DNA of 64,000 bases from Marinicrinis sediminis (GTDB lineage Bacteria; Bacillota; Bacilli; Paenibacillales; KCTC-33676): the NCBI RefSeq assembly GCF_042685085.1, contig NZ_JBHUMM010000007.1, forward strand, positions 177,846 to 241,845, read 5' to 3'. The translations under genes were made by a program, and so were the position numbers. Shown here piece by piece: positions 58,431-64,000 of the stretch (positions are counted from its first letter, which is position 1; each line of letters starts with the position of its first letter). The notes beneath the pieces were generated by a model that ran no database searches, was not told the DNA's origin, and saw only the letters and a list, made by a program, of their open reading frames with translations.

Positions 58431-61400
58431 TCACTCCGCTTTTATTACGTAATTTTCAAATAACTGATAGATAAGGTACTCGAGTTCTTGCCGAGGTACA
58501 TTCTTACCTGCCGCATTGATCATTCTTTCTAAATTTGAATAGACCGTCGCCGACTTAACAGACAGATCGACCTTATTAATCAATTTCCTGCTATTGTTCA
58601 GTTGAACTGAAACCATATTCAAGTTGTTTTGTTCAATTTCCTGTTCAGTAAGCCTTAGCTCCTCTAGATCGTGATTTAGTTGCGAAAAGAATAAATCATA
58701 AGTGGTATCAGACCAATCCTCCACTCTGACCCCTACGTATTCTTTAGCAAATTGCTCTATCCATAAATCTCCTTTCTCACTAGATAGCGAATTTTTAATT
58801 CTTTCCGACAGCTTATTAACCGAATAAGACCCGTTGGCCCGCTGTTCTTCAACCCAATTGTTTAAGTTTTTGTAATTGCTGAGTTCCATAACCTGTAACA
58901 ATTTCTCTGCTAGTTCGTTCTTTAGCAATACAGTGAAATTCTCTGCGTATTGCTTAATACCTATCAACTTATCTATATTATTTTGGTAGAGTCTTATTAG
59001 CTGTGCGACCGATTGTTGAGGATCTACCTCTGACCTTTTTATGAGATCCCTAAACTCGCCAAATTCCTTATCTACGTTAATAGAAGTTTGCGCAATCCTA
59101 GGAAGCGACCGCAGCCACTTCAATAAAGTGCCGCAAATAAATATTAGTCTAGATTGGTTGTTCAAACGCGTTTCAAGTGAATCAACAAAGCACTTCTCAA
59201 TACTATTAAAAAATTCAACATAGCTATCACTAATGTGCTCATAAGCGTACTGATAGTAATCCGCTCCAGTCTCCACTATGATTTCGAAAAGCGTAGATCC
59301 ATCTATGCCTGGAACAAACATACCATTGCGGTACAGCATAAACTCGTTCCAACGATCCCTAAGCAATGCAACAAATAGTATAGGGATCAACGGCTTCCTA
59401 ATTCCAAACGGCGGAGCCGAGCACAGCTCTACTAAATCTTTGAAATTACCCTTCGGGTTACTCTCTAAAACCTCGATTAATCTTGCTCTAAGAGCAGCAA
59501 ATGACTCGTTTAATATGTTTGAGTAGTCTAAATTATTGACATTCACATCAAGCCTGCCATTGTTTTTGAAGATAGTAGCAAACAATGCATAATCAGGACC
59601 ATTTCCTTCAATGCCAAACTGCTGTGTGCTTGGCTCCTCAATCATTTTATCAATAAGCTTAATCGCCGCATTTCTTTGCACTCTCGAAACCGTATTCCTA
59701 TTGAAGGAGTCATTCAAGATCACAGGTGTGCACTTAAACAGTTCATAGCATTTATCAGATAATTTTTCTGATACCTCAAGTTCGGAGTGCATCGTCATTT
59801 TATTGCCATCAATATACCAGGTCTTCTGATCTTCATATGAGATTATTTCGGATAGATACTGAGAGATTCTGTATCTAGTCTCATTGAATAAGACCTCTAG
59901 TTCTTCCTTAATTCCCTTATCTTCCGCAAGTAGAGCCTTGTTTCTTCTTAGTGAGTCCAAACCTAAATAATTATAAACATCTGGTATAATTTCCAGTAGA
60001 GGTTTGGAGTGTAAGAAAAATAGCTTTCTATCATATTCCTTACTCAAACTTCGTAAAATGAGATCAAGTGAATCGTATGACTCTAAATTTTCTGCTAAAA
60101 CATAATAGACTGTTAGATCAGACTGTTTATTCTCCTGAATCATTTTCCGATCCATTATTTCTTTTCCATACACAATTCTCACTTCAGAGAATCTTGTCAT
60201 TCCCTTGTCATCATTGTACCGTTCAGGAAAATAAAATTTCTTAACGAGATTATTGTGTAGAACTTCTATTTCCTTAGCTTGATCTGCTTTTATTACATGC
60301 TTTTCATGTTCTAGGCGTTCATGCATATCGACTGAACTGCCTGCAAATAACTCCCAGTAATCATTCACTCTATTAAACCTAATTACTTTATGTTTGCTGA
60401 GTACAGGTAAAATATCTGAGAGTTCATCTTCTGTAATTTGTGTTGCAAACCGTAAGAAATCTGAATTAAGCTTCTGTTCGTTTTGTACCGAGCACAAGTT
60501 CCAAAGAGTTATGAACTTCACTAGGTTCGTTGCCGACTGGTTATTTAGAAGTTCCTCAGGAAAACGGGCCATTGCTTTTTTATATAAAAGGATATGTTCG
60601 GATACATCATCATTCCCAAAATCATTCGAGTAGGAAAAGAAAAAATCAAACAGCTGGTAGCCTAAATAATATTCGTTACATTTGCTTATATGATTTAACA
60701 ACCCACCCGTTTCTTGACTTTCTAGAAAAGTAAATAACGTTCTCTCATTTTGTCCAAACACTCGGGTTAGATGTGGCAGAAGGAAAATCGAAACCGGATG
60801 AAGCGGGTACATACCTCGAACTACCAACTCATCTCGTTCCGTCTGATTGATACTCGGAAAGAGCGGGTACTTTCTCAGCATTTTACGTGTTGTAGAGAAA
60901 GCTACCTCACTAATAATTGGCTTCTGGTCAATATTCTCTGTAAGAATTAACTCCGAGATTCTGAGAAAGGTCGCTTGATCACTTTTCACCAAGTATTGAT
61001 TAAACCTCTTCTCAATACGTTGAAATTCCCTAGCTATCTCTTCATTCGAAGCATTAAAATAGGAACGCAAACTTCTATGGGTAATTAACAATAAGTGTAT
61101 TGAACTCATTCTGTTTGCAAGTTCCGCAAGATCTTGCATATCTTGCATAGCCTCATTAAATTCATTCGCATTCAGGCCCTGCAAAAACCTAGCAAATTCA
61201 TCATACACGATAAATATCCCCAAGTTGTTATCTTGTAGGATTGCTGCCAGATATTCCATCTGTGATAAAAAACTATAGTCATAATCAATATCAAACGATG
61301 CACCAGCGGTCATAAGGGGGTAGATTTCCGAAAAATACTTTATCTCGGTTTCATTCTGCTTTTTAATTTCTTCAACCCACCGCTTCAGCTCTTTTCCATC

Positions 61401-61907
61401 TTTATCTAATTGGACACAAAACTTGTCATACGTATCTTGGAAATCTTTCTCCCATAATTTTATGGAACTAATTATTTTTGCTGCCAATCCGGGTAATACA
61501 ACATCAATGCCATTTTCTTTAAGTATCTTTACAACACTAGCTATAATTGAGTGTCTAAACCTGCCTGCGTTACCACTTAACAAAATTGGCAGGTAAGGTA
61601 TCGGTAGTTCACTTGCATTTTTTATCATTCCTGGAATGTAATCATCGACTTGTTCAAACTTTTCAGCTAACGTATGAACTTCAGAAAGAGTACTCATTTT
61701 TGATACAATACTCCCAATTATATTGGCCAAAAACGATTTCCCAGTACCATATGGACCTATAATAATATGAGATCGGTTAGACCCTACAGCAAATCCATCC
61801 ATTATTCCTTTCATAGCTTCAGCGTGAGAAGGCGTAGGAATATAGCTTTTAAACAACTCTGCATTTCCAATATCTAATTTGATGTTAACACTTGATTTGA
61901 ATGCCAT
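58431..61907 (-). CDS. Large P-loop ATPase (SspC/BrxC-like candidate)
   Basis: 1158 aa. Walker A IIIGPYGTGKSFLANII at the N-terminus. Walker-B-like GIFIVYDEFARF. Long helical C-terminal region. Confidence 0.65.
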   Translation of the reverse strand: MAFKSSVNIKLDIGNAELFKSYIPTPSHAEAMKGIMDGFAVGSNRSHIIIGPYGTGKSFLANIIGSIVSKMSTLSEVHTLAEKFEQVDDYIPGMIKNASELPIPYLPILLSGNAGRFRHSIIASVVKILKENGIDVVLPGLAAKIISSIKLWEKDFQDTYDKFCVQLDKDGKELKRWVEEIKKQNETEIKYFSEIYPLMTAGASFDIDYDYSFLSQMEYLAAILQDNNLGIFIVYDEFARFLQGLNANEFNEAMQDMQDLAELANRMSSIHLLLITHRSLRSYFNASNEEIAREFQRIEKRFNQYLVKSDQATFLRISELILTENIDQKPIISEVAFSTTRKMLRKYPLFPSINQTERDELVVRGMYPLHPVSIFLLPHLTRVFGQNERTLFTFLESQETGGLLNHISKCNEYYLGYQLFDFFFSYSNDFGNDDVSEHILLYKKAMARFPEELLNNQSATNLVKFITLWNLCSVQNEQKLNSDFLRFATQITEDELSDILPVLSKHKVIRFNRVNDYWELFAGSSVDMHERLEHEKHVIKADQAKEIEVLHNNLVKKFYFPERYNDDKGMTRFSEVRIVYGKEIMDRKMIQENKQSDLTVYYVLAENLESYDSLDLILRSLSKEYDRKLFFLHSKPLLEIIPDVYNYLGLDSLRRNKALLAEDKGIKEELEVLFNETRYRISQYLSEIISYEDQKTWYIDGNKMTMHSELEVSEKLSDKCYELFKCTPVILNDSFNRNTVSRVQRNAAIKLIDKMIEEPSTQQFGIEGNGPDYALFATIFKNNGRLDVNVNNLDYSNILNESFAALRARLIEVLESNPKGNFKDLVELCSAPPFGIRKPLIPILFVALLRDRWNEFMLYRNGMFVPGIDGSTLFEIIVETGADYYQYAYEHISDSYVEFFNSIEKCFVDSLETRLNNQSRLIFICGTLLKWLRSLPRIAQTSINVDKEFGEFRDLIKRSEVDPQQSVAQLIRLYQNNIDKLIGIKQYAENFTVLLKNELAEKLLQVMELSNYKNLNNWVEEQRANGSYSVNKLSERIKNSLSSEKGDLWIEQFAKEYVGVRVEDWSDTTYDLFFSQLNHDLEELRLTEQEIEQNNLNMVSVQLNNSRKLINKVDLSVKSATVYSNLERMINAAGKNVPRQELEYLIYQLFENYVIKAE

Positions 61908-61909
61908 CT

Positions 61910-62797
61910 TTAGTAGGTCATCCTTTCAAAAAACTCGCCTTTTATATAATCAATAGATGAAACCATCGGCAATCTAATATAGTCTAAATTATTTGTTCTA
62001 ATATACTCAATCGGGTACTTGTCATGGGTCGTTAGAATATTTAAGGCTTCGACAACCTTATTTCGAGTTAAATTAAATATTCTTCCCCATAGATTTTCTG
62101 CATTCACAATCTCATCGACACCAATAAGTCGATCCTCTGATATCTGGTCATAATCGAGTAGAACGTAATAAAGAGCCGGGATACCTATCGTAGAGATTTT
62201 AGAAGCCACTTTTCTGATTGTGTCATCCCGTTCTCCCGAATGTTCACTTTTCATTAATGATAATCTTGAAAAAGGACAGAATAAAACGTCTTCCGGATCA
62301 TTCACATCAGGTACCTTCGTATAAAATTGAATCAAACAATCAATGTCTCTTTTGAGAGAATTCTTCGATACTGCTTTCGCTTCATTTTGGCTTACCCAAG
62401 TGATAAATGAATTGAATAAATCGCGTTTACCAACTATCGTTTCTCTATATTTATTAAAGTACCAATCGAAAACAGTCGAAAGATCATTCCCATTTCTTAC
62501 CAAATGGTAGTGAAGTATGGACAGTGATTCATTCCTTTGAAGGAGTCGATCACTCTCGAACAAAATATCTCCTATTTCAGATAACGCATGTACACGCTGA
62601 CCATCTTCTGTTCTTTCTTCAAGTACGTTGAAAGCAAGTAACCAATATTTTAAGGACTCAAGCATGTTTTTGCCCAAGCCAACTGTTTCAAAAGCATATT
62701 CATCAAAAAAGAATCTTTTATCTTGCTTTACTGCCCTTAACCCCTTACTAAACCATTTATCTCTTATATAAAAGCTTTGATGTCTAGCATAGGCCAT
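61910..62797 (-). CDS. DUF4007-like protein (SspB-like candidate, DNA-phosphorothioation-associated family)
   Basis: 295 aa. The N-terminus MAYARHQSFYIRDKWFSKGL matches the ARHE(S/T)F..R.GWL.KG opening recalled for DUF4007 proteins. It is tightly coupled (2-nt gap) to the large ATPase gene. Confidence 0.55.
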   Translation of the reverse strand: MAYARHQSFYIRDKWFSKGLRAVKQDKRFFFDEYAFETVGLGKNMLESLKYWLLAFNVLEERTEDGQRVHALSEIGDILFESDRLLQRNESLSILHYHLVRNGNDLSTVFDWYFNKYRETIVGKRDLFNSFITWVSQNEAKAVSKNSLKRDIDCLIQFYTKVPDVNDPEDVLFCPFSRLSLMKSEHSGERDDTIRKVASKISTIGIPALYYVLLDYDQISEDRLIGVDEIVNAENLWGRIFNLTRNKVVEALNILTTHDKYPIEYIRTNNLDYIRLPMVSSIDYIKGEFFERMTY

Positions 62798-62936
62798 ATA
62801 TAGATCTTCCTCTCTTGAAATGAAAAATTACTCCTGGAGAGATACCTCCAGCAGTAATTATACATCAGTGCGCCAAAAAAAAACACCCTATTATCGGAAC
62901 GCACGTTCCTATTATTTTAGTTCATTTCCTCTTAAG

Positions 62937-63598
62937 ATGCATTAGGATAAGATCGAATCTTTATTTAACTTGCCTGCGAAAGCTATCCTTGATGACTACC
63001 TTAGTGGTGGATTATGATGCCGTGCTCCTTCGCTCCGCTTCGTCCGCGCGGGACTGAACCCCTACCGTCCGTTTTTCGGACTCCCTATTGATTCCACTCC
63101 ATTCAACTTCTGTAGCAATAAAAAAGACACCCTTACGGGCGCCTTTTTTATTCCTATGGAGACGAGGGGAGTATCACAATCTTTATTTAATCTGCCTGCG
63201 GAAGTCTATCCTCGATGACTACTTTAGCGGTAGATTATGATGCCGTGCTCCTTCGCTCCGCTTCGTCCGCGCGGGACTGAACCCCAGGGTTCGCCTCCCT
63301 TCTTCACACCTTTACAAGACAAGAGCCCCGACCTATTAGGCCGGAGCTCTTGTCTTGTATGGAGGCGAGGGGAGTATCACAATCTTTATTTAATCTGCCT
63401 ACGGAAGTCTATCCTCGATGACTACCTTAGCGGTGGATTATGATGCCGTGCTCCTTCGCTCCGCTTCGTCCGCGCGGGACTGAACCCCTACCATCCGATT
63501 TTCGGACTCCCGATTGATTCCACTCCATTCAACTTCTGTAGCAATAAAAAAGACACCCTTACGGGCGCCTTTTTTATTCCTATGGAGGCGAGGGGAGT
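62937..63598. repeat. Three tandem ~200-230-bp modules, each a conserved ~110-bp element plus a terminator-containing spacer plus an 18-nt copy of the ssrA 3' end (att-core duplications)
   Basis: The core tatggag(a/g)cgaggggagt occurs at 63155-63172 (1 mismatch), 63358-63375 and 63581-63598. The last copy is the authentic 3' end of tmRNA. The conserved ~110-bp element (atcacaatctttatttaatctgcctgcggaagtctatcctcgatgactac...gggactgaacccc) occurs at 62941-63060 (diverged), 63173-63286 and 63376-63490. Spacers 1 and 3 are identical in layout, and spacer 2 differs. Confidence 0.8.
63546..63578 (-). terminator. ssrA rho-independent terminator (a duplicate copy lies at 63125-63153)
   Basis: The minus strand reads AAGGCGCCCGUAAGGGUGUCUUUUUUAUUGC immediately after the tmRNA 3' end. 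Confidence 0.7.
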
Positions 63599-63946
63599 CG
63601 AACCCCTGTCCGAAGATATCGCCACACCAGCTTCTACGGGTGTAGTGACTTGTGGGTGTTTCGCCTAAGCTGCTGCCAAGTCACCCACCACAGCCTAGAC
63701 TAGTCTGATTGTCTTCTTCCGTTAGCCCCAGACGGAGACTAAACGGCGTATCCCACTAAATGTGAGCCCCTGTCTCGGCACATGGGCGATGCAGAGGAGG
63801 AGCACGCTAGCAGGTTATTAAGCTGCTAAAGCGTAGTTAGTTTGTTGTTTGCCAGTTATTATTGGCTTTAGCGTTTTAGAGTGGACGCGTCCCCACTACC
63901 CGCTACTCATGCTCGAACTATCCCCGTCGAATCCATAAACGCCCCC
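63583..63946 (-). ncRNA. ssrA: tmRNA (SsrA), 364 nt
   Basis: On the minus strand the 5' end reads GGGGGCGUUUAUGGAUUCGACGGGGAUAG and the 3' end reads GGACAGGGGUUCGACUCCCCUCGCCUCCA (tRNA-like domain, discriminator A). The internal tag ORF GGC AAA CAA CAA ACU AAC UAC GCU UUA GCA GCU UAA UAA encodes (A)GKQQTNYALAA with a double stop. Confidence 0.85.
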
Positions 63947-64000
63947 GTGTTTGGAAGAGCCGCGAACGACTCTTCTCTATCATCAGCGCTCCCTGATTAA

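Noticed and set aside
63237-63443. 68-aa ORF in the repeat region.
   Set aside because: It lies entirely within the att-core/arm repeats on the strand opposite to ssrA. It has no RBS and is repeat-derived, so it is spurious.
62937-63598. The tandem repeats could be a CRISPR array.
   Set aside because: The units are about 200 bp with conserved, not unique, intervening sequence. No short 28-37-bp repeats alternate with spacers, and no cas genes are nearby. They are ssrA 3'-end duplications.

Overview
By eye this is a moderately GC-rich Firmicute chromosome, Paenibacillus-like, with an SLH-anchored surface protein. It is interrupted by low-GC foreign DNA. Reading left to right:

- **1-390:** The 5' end of an NCS2 purine permease gene with a probable guanine-type riboswitch in its leader.
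- **610-6418:** A 1097-aa NHL/Fn3/SLH S-layer-type protein, a DUF1232 membrane protein, and a secreted LRR + copper-amine-oxidase-N-like + MORN protein.
- **6508-12505:** A sulfated-glycan-type locus with two formylglycine-type sulfatases flanking a GH43-like hydrolase that has ricin-B (QxW) repeats, and a divergent AraC regulator.
- **12518-15665:** A TctCBA tripartite tricarboxylate transporter.
- **15862-20349:** A three-gene minus-strand operon: HNH endonuclease, then a PLD-nuclease/SF2-helicase/DUF3427 protein, then a NUDIX hydrolase. This is a candidate defense module.
- **20456-23148:** A Na/Ca exchanger, small hypotheticals and simple repeats.
- **23656-29992:** A compact plus-strand cluster of two tandem paralogs of an uncharacterised ~380-aa family (tentatively DUF1611/DgcN-like), an FrhB-like Fe-S flavoprotein, an EPSP-synthase-family enolpyruvyl transferase and an MFS exporter. 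This is a candidate small-molecule biosynthetic cluster with MurA/MurB-like logic.
- **30017-32558:** A GGDEF cyclase and an SPFH protein.
- **33165-37272:** A siderophore-type ABC uptake operon preceded by a palindromic Fur-box-like site.
- **37.4-42.2 kb:** A ~4.5 kb AT-rich mosaic of three secreted proteins (one 3D-domain) plus an IS256-family transposase pseudogene. It is bracketed by two ~160-bp direct copies of a truncated CMP/dCMP-type deaminase gene.
- **42488-43447:** A D-2-hydroxyacid dehydrogenase.
- **43.5-62.9 kb:** A ~19 kb low-GC island abutting the tmRNA gene (ssrA, 63583-63946, minus strand). Between the island and ssrA are three tandem ~200-bp modules, each ending in a copy of the 18-nt ssrA 3' end. 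This is an integration-site signature, but no integrase is present in the window. The island carries one long minus-strand operon:
  - DUF4007-like, a 1158-aa P-loop ATPase, and a PAPS-reductase-like PP-loop protein. By order and size these look like SspB-C-D.
  - A 299-aa protein with a possible PD-(D/E)xK motif.
  - A P-loop protein, a 514-aa protein, and a 1780-aa protein with a C-terminal FtsK/HerA-like ATPase. These look like DndFGH/DptFGH or SspFGH.
  - An unusual fusion of an HsdM-like methyltransferase domain whose NPPF catalytic motif reads RIPF, with a histidine-kinase-type ATPase, translationally coupled to a response-regulator receiver protein with a novel C-terminal domain.

All functional calls are from motif recognition by eye. 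No database searches were run.
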